From NCBI GenBank assembly GCA_038064835.1, contig JBBTSD010000012.1, positions 1 to 61,147 on the forward strand: a stretch of DNA of 61,147 bases, given 5' to 3'. Made by a program: the position numbers and the translations under genes. Shown in pieces: positions 10,101 through 19,541 of the stretch; the stretch's first letter is position 1; every line of letters starts with the position of its first letter. The notes under the pieces are model-generated. The model did no database searches. It was not told the DNA's origin and saw nothing but the letters and a program-made list of their open reading frames with translations. The DNA is from Patescibacteria group bacterium (GTDB taxonomy: Bacteria > Patescibacteriota > Minisyncoccia > Phycocordibacterales > UBA2100).

Positions 10101-12047
10101 TTACGCAGCTTTCTTGATACGCACATACCACTCGACGACACGGCGAACTTGGCGGGGAGTATACCCGCGCGCAATCATCCGTGCGACGAAATCGTTGTGC
10201 TGTTTCTCGATTTTCGAGTCCTTCTTTTTGTCGAAGGAGATGACGGGGAGCAACTCTTCAGTCTGACTAAAGATTCGCTTTTCGATAACATCACGAATCT
10301 TCTCGTAACTCTTCCAATCCGGGTTCTTGCCACCCGATCCAGGCTTTGCTCGCTGACGAAGTGCGTATTTGACGACCTCGTTGCGGAAATCTTTCGGATT
10401 CGCAATACTTGCCGGCTTCTCGATCTTCGAGAGCTCTTGGTCGAGAATCTTGCGATCCATCAACTGCCCTGTATCGGGGTCTTTGTGGTCGGTATCTTCG
10501 ATCCACGAGTCAGCATAGGAAATGTATCGATCGAACAGATTCTGACCATATTCATCGTACGATTCCAGATACGCCTTCTGGATCTCGTTGCCAACCTCTT
10601 CCGCGTAGCGCGGCGTCAGCTGGTCCTTAATGAATTCGAGAAGTTTCTTTTCGATTTCCTCAGCGAACTGTTCGCGCTGAATCCTCTTTTCAAGGACCAG
10701 CAACAGGTGAGGTGGATCGGCTGCAATCTCATTCGGGTCATAGTTAAAGACTTCTGAGAGCGTCTTGTACGCAAAGCGCGTCGAGATGCCGCTCATTCCT
10801 TCGTTCTGACCGGCTTCGGTGATGTACTCGAGGAGCGACCGTGCCTTGGGATCCACACTCTTGGTCTCCTCGCCGTCATAGACGCGGAGCTTTGAGTAGA
10901 GCTTTGAGTTCTCTGGTTCCTTGAGACGGCTCATAACCGAGAACCGCGCGAGCATATCGAGTGTTCCCGGCGCACATGCCGCACTGACCAACTCACTGCC
11001 TCGGATGAGTTTCTCGTAGATTTTCTTCTCCTCAGAAACGCGGAGGCAGTACGGAACCTTGATGAGACAGATACGATCGATCATCGCCTCGTTTTTCCGG
11101 TCTCCTTTGAAGCTCGTCCACTCGGTTTCGTTTGAGTGAGCAAGAATCATGCCTTGATACGGCAATGCGCCGATGTTTTCAGTGCCCACATAGCTGCCGT
11201 CCTGCGTCGCAGTAAGCAGTGGATGGAGCATCTTGATAGGAGCCTTGAACATCTCGACGAATTCGAGAAGTCCTTGGGTTGTGCGGTTCAAGCCGCCCGA
11301 ATAACCATATGCGTCCGGATCATGCTGGCTGAATTTCTCCAACCGGCGAATGTCGATCTTTCCAACCAGGGTTGAAATATCCTGATTGTTTTCGTCGCCC
11401 GGTTCCGTCTTTGCTACGCAGACATTCTGCAGCTTAGACGGCTTCATCTTGGAGACACGGAATTTAGAAATGTCTCCCTCGAATTCGCGCAAGCGCTTGA
11501 CCGCCCAGGGCGACATGGTCGTCACGAGGCGGCGTCGTGGAATGTGGAATTTCTTTTCGATCCGCTCGCCTGCGCGATCACGGTCGAACATACCCAATGG
11601 CGATTCAAAGACGGGGCTAATCTGATCCCCTGCTTTGAGCACATAGATCGGCTCGATTTCGGCGAGCATCTTGAGGCGTTCGGCTAGTGACGATTTACCG
11701 CCGCCAACGGGGCCCAAGAGATACAAAATCTGCTTGCGCTCTTCGAGACCTTGCGACGCATGCTGGAAAAATCCAACCAGCCGTTCGATAACCTCTTCCA
11801 TGCCAAAGAAGTCGGCAAAGGCGGGGTACATACGGACGGTGCGGTTGAAGAAAATCCTCTGCAAACGCGGGTCCTTGCTGGTGTCGACAACCACCGGCTC
11901 GCCGATTGCGGTGAGCATGCGTTCGGCGACACTCGAATACATCCGTGCGTTCGTCTTGCATGCTTCGAGATACTCGTTAAGAGACATCTCGTCTTCGCGC
12001 GCAAAGTCGAACAGATCACGAAGATCGTTCAGAGGCTCTTCGTTCAT
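10101..12047 (-). CDS. prkA: PrkA/YeaG AAA+ serine kinase-like protein
   Basis: LLGPVGGGKSS, EPGDENNQDIS, EFVEMFK, LAHSNETEW. Confidence 0.95.
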   Translation of the reverse strand: MNEEPLNDLRDLFDFAREDEMSLNEYLEACKTNARMYSSVAERMLTAIGEPVVVDTSKDPRLQRIFFNRTVRMYPAFADFFGMEEVIERLVGFFQHASQGLEERKQILYLLGPVGGGKSSLAERLKMLAEIEPIYVLKAGDQISPVFESPLGMFDRDRAGERIEKKFHIPRRRLVTTMSPWAVKRLREFEGDISKFRVSKMKPSKLQNVCVAKTEPGDENNQDISTLVGKIDIRRLEKFSQHDPDAYGYSGGLNRTTQGLLEFVEMFKAPIKMLHPLLTATQDGSYVGTENIGALPYQGMILAHSNETEWTSFKGDRKNEAMIDRICLIKVPYCLRVSEEKKIYEKLIRGSELVSAACAPGTLDMLARFSVMSRLKEPENSKLYSKLRVYDGEETKSVDPKARSLLEYITEAGQNEGMSGISTRFAYKTLSEVFNYDPNEIAADPPHLLLVLEKRIQREQFAEEIEKKLLEFIKDQLTPRYAEEVGNEIQKAYLESYDEYGQNLFDRYISYADSWIEDTDHKDPDTGQLMDRKILDQELSKIEKPASIANPKDFRNEVVKYALRQRAKPGSGGKNPDWKSYEKIRDVIEKRIFSQTEELLPVISFDKKKDSKIEKQHNDFVARMIARGYTPRQVRRVVEWYVRIKKAA

Positions 12048-12175
12048 CGTGTTCCCTTTCTGCTTCCTTTGGTAAAGAGCAGTCTCTTCCTAGACTTCCT
12101 GTCGCAGACTAGCACAACAGATTCTGCCAAGTAACAAAAGTACAATCCACAGCACAGAGTTAGACACTGGGCAAA

Positions 12176-13234
12176 TCAATCCTCAAAATCATCGTGTGGC
12201 TTATCGATGGCAATAGGCTCAATCCCGCCACCTATACCGGAAATTTTGATTACATCTTTGTCGATTTTCCCCAACTCTTTGTAGCCTGCGTTGTAATGAC
12301 TCACGGATGTCGTGAGCGAAGTTCCCAATCGCTTGTAATAATCTTCGTATTTGGCGATATGTCGTCCCAGATTTTCGACATGCTTCCGAATTTCCTTTGC
12401 AGATTCTTCAATCTGCATACCCCGTAAACCCTGTAGCACTGTCTGCAGATAGGCCAAGAATGATGTAGGCGAGACGATGATGACTTTTTTTGTAAATGCA
12501 TATTCAACTAAATCTCGTGCCGAAATACCCGTTCCCACTGAACCCACCAGCACATCGTAGTAGAGGCCTTCAGAGGGAATAAACATAAATGCAAATTCAA
12601 GCGTGTTTTCATTCGGGCGTACATACTTGCTCGTCTCATCAATGCGGTTCTTCATATCCTGCTTGAATAGTTTTTCGAGGCGAGCGCGCTCGGCCTCGTC
12701 GCGAGTATCGAGAAGACGGTTGTAATTTTCCAGAGAGAATTTTGAGTCTATCGGGATAACTTTATCTTTGACAAAGACCACTGCATCAACAATCTCACCA
12801 TTTTCGAATGCGTACTGCATCGCAAAACTCCCTGGAGGGAGTGCGTTCTGCAAAACCGACTCAAGGTAGTATTCTCCCAAAATCCCGCGTTGTTTTGGAT
12901 TTTGTAAAATATCTTGGAGTCTTTGCAATTGTTCGGAATATGAAACAACCTGACGATTTGTCTCTTCGAGACGCGTTAGCTTCTCGGTCACTTCACCCAC
13001 AACGCGTTGAGACGCCCCCAGCTGGCTTCTCATTGAATCCTGCATGTCGCGAGAACTTTCGGTGATTTTTGAATCAATGACTCGGCGCAATTCCTGCATT
13101 TCGCTCTGGAGCATTAAGAATGGCTTGTCGTCGGTGGGAACGACTACTGCTTCTGATTTTCGCAAGAAAATGAAAGCAAGTGCTCCAGCCAAGAGAAACA
13201 CCAACATCGCAAGAATGCCTACAATAATTTCCAT
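12176..13234 (-). CDS. rmuC: DNA recombination protein RmuC
   Basis: PKQRGILGE, IDSKF, FAFMFIPSEG, VSPTS. Confidence 0.9.
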   Translation of the reverse strand: MEIIVGILAMLVFLLAGALAFIFLRKSEAVVVPTDDKPFLMLQSEMQELRRVIDSKITESSRDMQDSMRSQLGASQRVVGEVTEKLTRLEETNRQVVSYSEQLQRLQDILQNPKQRGILGEYYLESVLQNALPPGSFAMQYAFENGEIVDAVVFVKDKVIPIDSKFSLENYNRLLDTRDEAERARLEKLFKQDMKNRIDETSKYVRPNENTLEFAFMFIPSEGLYYDVLVGSVGTGISARDLVEYAFTKKVIIVSPTSFLAYLQTVLQGLRGMQIEESAKEIRKHVENLGRHIAKYEDYYKRLGTSLTTSVSHYNAGYKELGKIDKDVIKISGIGGGIEPIAIDKPHDDFED

Positions 13235-13273
13235 CAGGGTATTCTACCATGCAGTGTTTGCGGAGAGGTAACG

Positions 13274-13306
13274 AAAAACCCCCGCGAGCAGAGCTCAACG
13301 GGGGTT
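13274..13306 (-). terminator. Intrinsic terminator of the candidate large ncRNA
   Basis: AACCCCCG...CGGGGGTTTTT on the minus strand. Confidence 0.8.
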
Positions 13307-13689
13307 CTATGATGAGGGGTGGGCTAACCTTGCCCTTTTGTGTGCCGCCTCCGGTGTCCCCAAGTAAAAGCGGAGAACAACACGGCGACAAGGCCAGTCA
13401 CATTGGGTCCCCTCGACCCGAATTCTTTGGGATGGTGAAGCAGTCGACGGTTACCCGTTGGCTTGCTGCCGCACCTTGACCTACTTTCGGAACCAGTCCT
13501 CACACACCGCGCATTCCTGCACGCGGGTCGGTGGCTGTGGTGTAGGTGGGATCCCGGTCCCCTCCGCGCTCCTGCCAAGAGCTGTGCCATTGCCTTTCGG
13601 CGCTCTCCACAACCATTCCGAATGCCTCTCTCTGAGACACCCGAACAGTCGCTTCAACGAGCAAACGCAAGGGGCACTTCCTCACATCT
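13274..13689 (-). ncRNA. Candidate large structured ncRNA of unknown family (~400 nt)
   Basis: Own promoter and terminator, no credible ORF, many helices with minus-strand G-U pairs, GNRA tetraloops, 5'/3' end pairing. Confidence 0.7.
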
Positions 13690-13695
13690 ATGTAC

Positions 13696-13724
13696 AGTAT
13701 ACACCTGTAGGGTTTGCTTGTCAA
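13696..13724 (-). promoter_or_regulatory. Near-consensus sigma70 promoter
   Basis: TTGACA (13724-13719)-17 nt-TATACT (13701-13696). Confidence 0.85.
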
Positions 13725-13767
13725 GCCTTTTTGTGGTCCTATTTCTTTCCGCTTAAAGACCTTGCTT

Positions 13768-16416
13768 TCAGTGGCTTTTTGGTGCCTTGCGCGCCCACCA
13801 TTTTGCCGCTTCAGTACTGAGAAGGATCACGACACAGAATCCAGCAAGCATACCCATATCCGCAAGAGACAGGTAGGTTAGTGAAAGCAATTCCCGAGTG
13901 AATGGTAGCAAGATTGTACCCGCCAACATTCCCACGCTCCCGGCGAGAGAAAAAAGGAGCACGCGGTTGTTGAATGATTGCAAATGAAAGACCGAATGGT
14001 CTATGTCTTTAAATGCCACCGCAATGACCAAGGCCAATAGCGAGAGTGCCGCAAATATAACAGTGCGAGCATGGTCAAGATTGTCGTCGAACGCAAATAC
14101 AAATGCATACAGCGCAAGCAAAAGCACACTACCAAACAAACTCGTCCACAGTGTCAGCCGCATAAGTTGAGGTGAAAGGACATGTTCGGTGCGCCCGCGT
14201 GGACCACGGCGCATGACTGCCGGAGAGATAGGTTCGAATGCAAAAGGCAAACTCATGAATCCTTCGTGTATTAAATTTGTCCATAAAATTTGCAGTGGCA
14301 ACAGTGGCAACGGTGTAGCCGCAATAAGCGCGCCGAGAATCAACAACACTTCAATCACTCCTGTGGAAAGAAGATAGGCAATAACTTTTCCCAAGTTCGC
14401 AACAATGCGCCTCCCTTCGCGAATCGCGGCGGTAATGGTGCCTATTGAGTTCTCGATAAGGATAATGTCGGCAGATTCTTTGGCGACATCGGTGCCACTT
14501 CCCAGTGCAACGCCGATCGAGGCTGCAGCAAGCGCGGGCGCGTCGTTTACCCCATCGCCTGTCATCGCAACAACTTCCTCGTGTGCAGTCAACACTTCGG
14601 CAATGCGCAGTTTTTGATCCGGCGTCACGCGGGCAAAGACTTCAGTTTCATGAAGCGCGTCGAGTAGTTGCACATCGTCCATGTGGGACAACTCGGATCC
14701 AGTGATAATTTTCTCACCCACTGGGAGAATACCTGTTTCAGTAGCGATAGTACGCGCAGTCTCAGCATGATCGCCTGTCAGCATGATAACTCGGACACCT
14801 GCATCATGGATCGCAGTAATCTCCTCGCGGACACCTGCACGCACGGTATCTGAAAGAACTAGCACCCCTGCAAATACGAGGCCATGCAACGCGCTCCCGC
14901 CCATACGAATGTCTTCGGGGATATCGCCATCTACTACCCTATAGGCAACCCCGAGTAGTGCCTTGCCTTCGGCGCTGCGAACACTTTGTGCTTGTGCAAA
15001 CAAACTACGCATTTCTGCATCAAGCGGCCGCTTCCCAGATGCCACCGCAATAAATTGTGAGGCGGCAAGCAGGTGTTCGGGTGAACCGGTAAGATATACG
15101 CGCTCTCGGTCGCTAGAATGCGCATGCAACGATGCTGCATAACGCCGACTTGACTCGAATTGCAAAAATTGAATGCGCCGATGATCTTTCGAAAATAGTT
15201 CGGCCTGGACCACATGCGCATCCATCCCGGCAGAAACAATCGCTCGCTCGATAGGCCGACCCCGTACAACTATTCCGGCGTCGGTCTTGTCAATAAAAGC
15301 ATCGGACGCCAGCACTGCCATCTGAAGCAGTATTTTGTTGTCTGGATACTCCACGGTGGTCGCATGCTCTTGGAGTCCCCGCGGGCTCAAATATTCGTTG
15401 ATGGCCATTTCGCCCTTTGTCAGTGTCCCTGTTTTGTCGGTGAGAATGACAGTTGTCGACCCAAGTGTTTCTGCCGCAAGTAAACTTTTGACCAGGCCAC
15501 CGCTCTTGAGAATTTCTTTGACGCCTACTGCCAGCACAATCGACATCGCGGCAGGAAGTCCTTCAGGCATCGCGGCAACTGCAACTGCAACTGCGATCAG
15601 CAACATATCGAGCAGTGGCTCGCCGCGCAAAAATCCGACAAACGACACTACAAAAATGAGTACCCCCAACATACTGATGACCGCACGAGCAAGACGCCCC
15701 ACATCGCGCTGTAATGGTGTTTCGTCCAAACGCACCTTTTGCGCCTCGTGAGCGATATGCCCCAGCTCGGTCCCCTCTCCTGTGGCTACTACAACGCCAC
15801 TTGCAAAACCCGAAACGATAGTTGTCCCACTCCACAGCATGTTTGTCCTGTCAGAGACAGGAGTCTCTTCCGAGATGAGCGCTGATGATTTATTTACCGG
15901 CTTCCACTCGCCAGTAATTGGTGCCTCGTTTGTTTCAAGACCTTTTGCCTCAATCAAGCGCATGTCGGCGGGGACCATCTCACCTCCCTGTAAATGAACC
16001 AGGTCACCGGGCACAACTTCTCGTGCTGGAACGACATGTTTTTGGTTATCGCGAAATACTGTCGCTTTGTGTGCGTGTGATCGTTCCAGCGCCAGGTAAA
16101 TACGCGAGGCATGCCCTTCCTGCGCAACACCAATCGCCGCATTAATAATGAGCGCAACCATTAATACGACCGCATCAACAAACTCACCAAGCAAAAAGGT
16201 CACTGCACCAGTCGCGAGCAAAACGACAGCAAGCGGGCTTGTAAACTGTGCAACCGCTGATCGTAAAAAATGAAAGGATTGTCCTTGTGGGACCTCGTTA
16301 TAGCCGCGAACAGACAGGCGTGTTCGTGCCGCTTCCTCACTCAGACCCGCTGGCGATGATTCAAGCGCACTCAATGCGTCTTCAGGGGCCGCAGCATGCC
16401 AGGCAATTATATGCAT
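13768..16416 (-). CDS. Cation-transporting P-type ATPase (type II, Ca2+-like)
   Basis: TGE, PEGLP, DKTGTLT, MLTGD, MTGDGVNDAPAL. Confidence 0.93.
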   Translation of the reverse strand: MHIIAWHAAAPEDALSALESSPAGLSEEAARTRLSVRGYNEVPQGQSFHFLRSAVAQFTSPLAVVLLATGAVTFLLGEFVDAVVLMVALIINAAIGVAQEGHASRIYLALERSHAHKATVFRDNQKHVVPAREVVPGDLVHLQGGEMVPADMRLIEAKGLETNEAPITGEWKPVNKSSALISEETPVSDRTNMLWSGTTIVSGFASGVVVATGEGTELGHIAHEAQKVRLDETPLQRDVGRLARAVISMLGVLIFVVSFVGFLRGEPLLDMLLIAVAVAVAAMPEGLPAAMSIVLAVGVKEILKSGGLVKSLLAAETLGSTTVILTDKTGTLTKGEMAINEYLSPRGLQEHATTVEYPDNKILLQMAVLASDAFIDKTDAGIVVRGRPIERAIVSAGMDAHVVQAELFSKDHRRIQFLQFESSRRYAASLHAHSSDRERVYLTGSPEHLLAASQFIAVASGKRPLDAEMRSLFAQAQSVRSAEGKALLGVAYRVVDGDIPEDIRMGGSALHGLVFAGVLVLSDTVRAGVREEITAIHDAGVRVIMLTGDHAETARTIATETGILPVGEKIITGSELSHMDDVQLLDALHETEVFARVTPDQKLRIAEVLTAHEEVVAMTGDGVNDAPALAAASIGVALGSGTDVAKESADIILIENSIGTITAAIREGRRIVANLGKVIAYLLSTGVIEVLLILGALIAATPLPLLPLQILWTNLIHEGFMSLPFAFEPISPAVMRRGPRGRTEHVLSPQLMRLTLWTSLFGSVLLLALYAFVFAFDDNLDHARTVIFAALSLLALVIAVAFKDIDHSVFHLQSFNNRVLLFSLAGSVGMLAGTILLPFTRELLSLTYLSLADMGMLAGFCVVILLSTEAAKWWARKAPKSH

Positions 16417-16490
16417 AAAGAGTGGAGCAACTCCATCACACTCTATTGTACAGCTTGTGCGAGGCGACGACCCTGCTACACTGGATATCT

Positions 16491-16940
16491 ATGATTACGA
16501 AACTCCGTGAAGAGATGAAAGTCGCCCTGAAGGCGCATGAGGAATTAAAATTATCGGTCATTCGATCCTTAATTACCGCACTCACCAATGAATTAGTTGC
16601 AAAAGGACGCAAGCCAACCGACGCACTCACCGACGAAGAAGCTCTTGCTGTTTTCAAACGCGCCGCAAAACAACGCACCGAAGCGGCAGAACAATTCAAA
16701 AACGGCAATCGTCCAGAGCTTGCCGAGAAGGAGCTTGCCGAGCTCGCACTCATTTCCGCATATCTACCCGCGCGAGTGCCCGTTGCTGAAATCGAGCGAG
16801 TTGCCCGCGAAAAAATTGCCGAGCTTGGCATTACCGATGCATCTGGTATGGGCAAACTTATGGGTGCCGTCATTAAAGCATTTGGCGGCGCTGCCGACGG
16901 TGGTGATGTTAAAGATGTCGTCAGTCGTCTATTGTCATAG
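16491..16940 (+). CDS. GatB/YqeY domain protein
   Basis: KQRTEAAEQF..GNRPELAEKELAEL..ISAYLP, MGKLMG, ADGG. Confidence 0.9.
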   Translation: MITKLREEMKVALKAHEELKLSVIRSLITALTNELVAKGRKPTDALTDEEALAVFKRAAKQRTEAAEQFKNGNRPELAEKELAELALISAYLPARVPVAEIERVAREKIAELGITDASGMGKLMGAVIKAFGGAADGGDVKDVVSRLLS

Positions 16941-17039
16941 CCCACTGCCAAACACCTGTGCCTGAAAAAGCATCGTCCATTGCGCACTTCCCTGCTATTC
17001 GCTAGAGTGTTTTCAGAATATCGCGAGACAGAACCTGTC

Positions 17040-17252
17040 ATGCAAATAGTCTATGTCTGCCCCACACGAGCAGTGGTCGCCATTAGCCCAGGAGGCCCGC
17101 AAATTACCTTTGTGTGCAAAGTAACCGACAAACCTCTGGCAAAGGATTTAGTCATCAATCTGTGTGTCGGGTGTCGCCCATCAGACATCAAACCTATCGA
17201 GGAATCGCGTGCTCGCGAACTTGCCGCGACAGAGATTCGTCGGACCCGCTAA
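17040..17252 (+). CDS. Small hypothetical protein (70 aa, 4 Cys)
   Basis: ORF with upstream TTGCGC-17-TAGAGT and downstream terminator 17258-17286. Confidence 0.5.
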   Translation: MQIVYVCPTRAVVAISPGGPQITFVCKVTDKPLAKDLVINLCVGCRPSDIKPIEESRARELAATEIRRTR

Positions 17253-17293
17253 TCACAGCCCCATCATTTCGATGGGGCTTTATTTTCATCGCT

Positions 17294-18511
17294 TTACAAG
17301 CAGACGCGTTCATTCAAGCGTGCAGTGTATAAAGTAGCGATAGCGGCCACCAAAATCCCTGCCGCAAATCCTATGGGAATACCGCCCACATACGCGCCCA
17401 TCGCAACAACTAGCAAGCAGAAAGTTCGCCCCAGGTTGAGCCCTATTTCCTTGAGTGCCGTATATTCATCTATGTAGCGACCATTGTCTGCAGCTTGTTC
17501 GTAAGTCATCGCATCAATGGTCATACGGTTCACGCTTTGCCCAACACCGTGATAGGTATCGACGACAAAAATTCCCAATGGCGTCGCCACGAAGAGTCTC
17601 AAAAACCACCCGCTTGCAGAGAACACAGCACCCCACCACAGCACGCGCTTTTTGTGGCCAGAATCAAATAGATGTCCGACAGTAAATTGCAGGCACATAA
17701 CCGCAAGAAATGTAAGCGCAGTGATTGCCCCAAGTGCAACATACTCTTGGTCAAGAAGCAGAAATACAAAGAGCGGCCATACAATCACTTGTGCAGCGGA
17801 TTGCGCACCATCACCCACATACGCCGCAAACAGGGGGCGGTGCTTCGCGGAAAACAACTCACGAAATGATTGCATAAACCCCCATGAATACTCCTCGAAG
17901 TGATTTTGAATATACATAAGCGGAAGTAACGCCGCCATTGTCAGGAGGAGAGAAAGTATAAATAGCGCATCAAATCCGTATTGTGCCACGATAAGCCCAC
18001 CCCAGAATGGCATCACCACTACATTCACATCGGCAACACTCATCAGAAGAGCCACTTGAGAACCACGATGCCCCCTGTCGATCAGACGCGTCATATCCAC
18101 CTGATACGGTAACCAATAAAATGCCCGATACAATGCGGAGCAGACGACAAAGACTACCATCACCCATACCAATGGCTCACCACCCGGATTCACCGAAAGG
18201 TGGTACAGCGCAAGAACACCTACGGATGAAAATGGTAGGGCAAGTACTATCAGTGTGCGTAGGCCCAAATGCGAAAGAAGCTTCCCGGAAAGCGGCGTCA
18301 GTAGTGCGGTGAGAAAATACATTGACCCAAAAACAGTAAGTACCGCCCAAAGAGAATCGTGAAAATATTTGTATACGAACACGACAGTGAACACACCTGC
18401 CACCACAAACGCCGCGTGCATCAAAAGGCGGTGTATATAAAGAGCCATCAATTCGCCCGACATATGTCCGCTATAGGCAACGACTCTCTCTCGATACGAC
18501 TGGATAGACAT
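17294..18511 (-). CDS. MFS transporter
   Basis: About 12 hydrophobic segments, 405 aa. Confidence 0.8.
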   Translation of the reverse strand: MSIQSYRERVVAYSGHMSGELMALYIHRLLMHAAFVVAGVFTVVFVYKYFHDSLWAVLTVFGSMYFLTALLTPLSGKLLSHLGLRTLIVLALPFSSVGVLALYHLSVNPGGEPLVWVMVVFVVCSALYRAFYWLPYQVDMTRLIDRGHRGSQVALLMSVADVNVVVMPFWGGLIVAQYGFDALFILSLLLTMAALLPLMYIQNHFEEYSWGFMQSFRELFSAKHRPLFAAYVGDGAQSAAQVIVWPLFVFLLLDQEYVALGAITALTFLAVMCLQFTVGHLFDSGHKKRVLWWGAVFSASGWFLRLFVATPLGIFVVDTYHGVGQSVNRMTIDAMTYEQAADNGRYIDEYTALKEIGLNLGRTFCLLVVAMGAYVGGIPIGFAAGILVAAIATLYTARLNERVCL

Positions 18512-18557
18512 TGCTTCTATGCTAGCACGCGCTATATCACTTGTTGCTCATAGTGTG

Positions 18558-18581
18558 AAAAAGCCCCGCACATGCGGGGCT
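18558..18581 (-). terminator. Terminator hairpin GCCCCGCATGTGCGGGGC
   Basis: Hairpin plus U tract after the 18598 gene; identical to the hairpin at 20283-20300. Confidence 0.8.
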
Positions 18582-18597
18582 CCTTAGTACTTCTCGA

Positions 18598-19398
18598 TCA
18601 ACCGTTACCGCACAGGAGTCGCGAAACTTCTGCAGGATCAGGATGACCAGCAACAACTCGTTGCGCTCGCGACAGGTACGCCAGTACGCGAATCATGTCC
18701 ATGTCGTCATCAACTTCATCACGCAAACGACCTTCGGCGTCAATCGAAGTACCAGGGTACTTCTGCATAAGTGGGTGAAGTGCAAAGACACTTTCGGCAC
18801 AAAGGCCACCAGCAACTCCTATTTGGAAGTGAGGATTGTGTGCCTGAATGCTTTCCATATATGCTGAAAGTGTCAGGACATTGAGCGGTTTTCCATGTCC
18901 CCCACTCTGATCCAAGAGCACGCAGTGCGCAACATCACGATATGTTGCGACCCGCTGCGCAAGCTCGAGTGGCGAATGACCGACCTCATCGAGCGCCTTG
19001 CCCCCCACTTGCAACACAATGCGGTATTGTCCTGCAGTTGCATCGTGGAAGTCTTTAATCTGACCGATGTCGGGCCAGCACACATTGAGCTGGAAGCCGT
19101 GCAAATGTGGCCCTGCGACATCTGCCACAATATGCATCAAATCGCGACCCAGACGCCTTTTGTCGTCAGTCGCAAAGTGAATCACATTGAAGACCGCAGG
19201 GCTTTTCACAAACAAATCGTGAATCGCAGATACCCTGGGGTAGCGTCGCGGCCACTTATTGGTTTCTCCACGCAAGGTCTTTGAACTCATCAAGACGCCC
19301 ACCATCAGCTGATGTGTCGTGGCTCGCCCGAAAAAGCGAATCGCCGCTCGTATTTCTTGCGGCGTCGTAAACCCTGTAACTCCGATATATGGTCTCAT
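18598..19398 (-). CDS. TrpF/PRAI-like TIM-barrel hypothetical protein
   Basis: IGVTG, FQLN, LLDQSGGHG, GVAGGL, SIDAEGRLR resemble PRAI phosphate-binding motifs; SD-like GAGGA. Confidence 0.6.
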   Translation of the reverse strand: MRPYIGVTGFTTPQEIRAAIRFFGRATTHQLMVGVLMSSKTLRGETNKWPRRYPRVSAIHDLFVKSPAVFNVIHFATDDKRRLGRDLMHIVADVAGPHLHGFQLNVCWPDIGQIKDFHDATAGQYRIVLQVGGKALDEVGHSPLELAQRVATYRDVAHCVLLDQSGGHGKPLNVLTLSAYMESIQAHNPHFQIGVAGGLCAESVFALHPLMQKYPGTSIDAEGRLRDEVDDDMDMIRVLAYLSRAQRVVAGHPDPAEVSRLLCGNG

Positions 19399-19541
19399 CG
19401 TTCCTCTCTCTTCCGGCCAGCTCGTACTGAGCTGGCCGGACTGTACCACAAAAATTACCATCTCAGCAAGAGTTTCTTGACAGGGCCTGCAAGTACCGTA
19501 GAATCCTGAACGGACTAGAACGACCAAGGAACTGGCGAATC

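Noticed and set aside
9756-10757. 333-aa plus-strand ORF
   Set aside because: Antisense shadow of prkA/yeaH
13274-13689. Calling the structured RNA RNase P, tmRNA, SRP or an intron
   Set aside because: GAGGAAG lies only ~6 nt from the predicted TSS, leaving no room for P1-P3; there is no GCUUA P4 partner, tRNA-like end, SRP helix 8 or intron core motif
13324-13820. Short ORFs across the candidate ncRNA
   Set aside because: Several overlapping frames on both strands, none with a recognisable domain or typical protein composition
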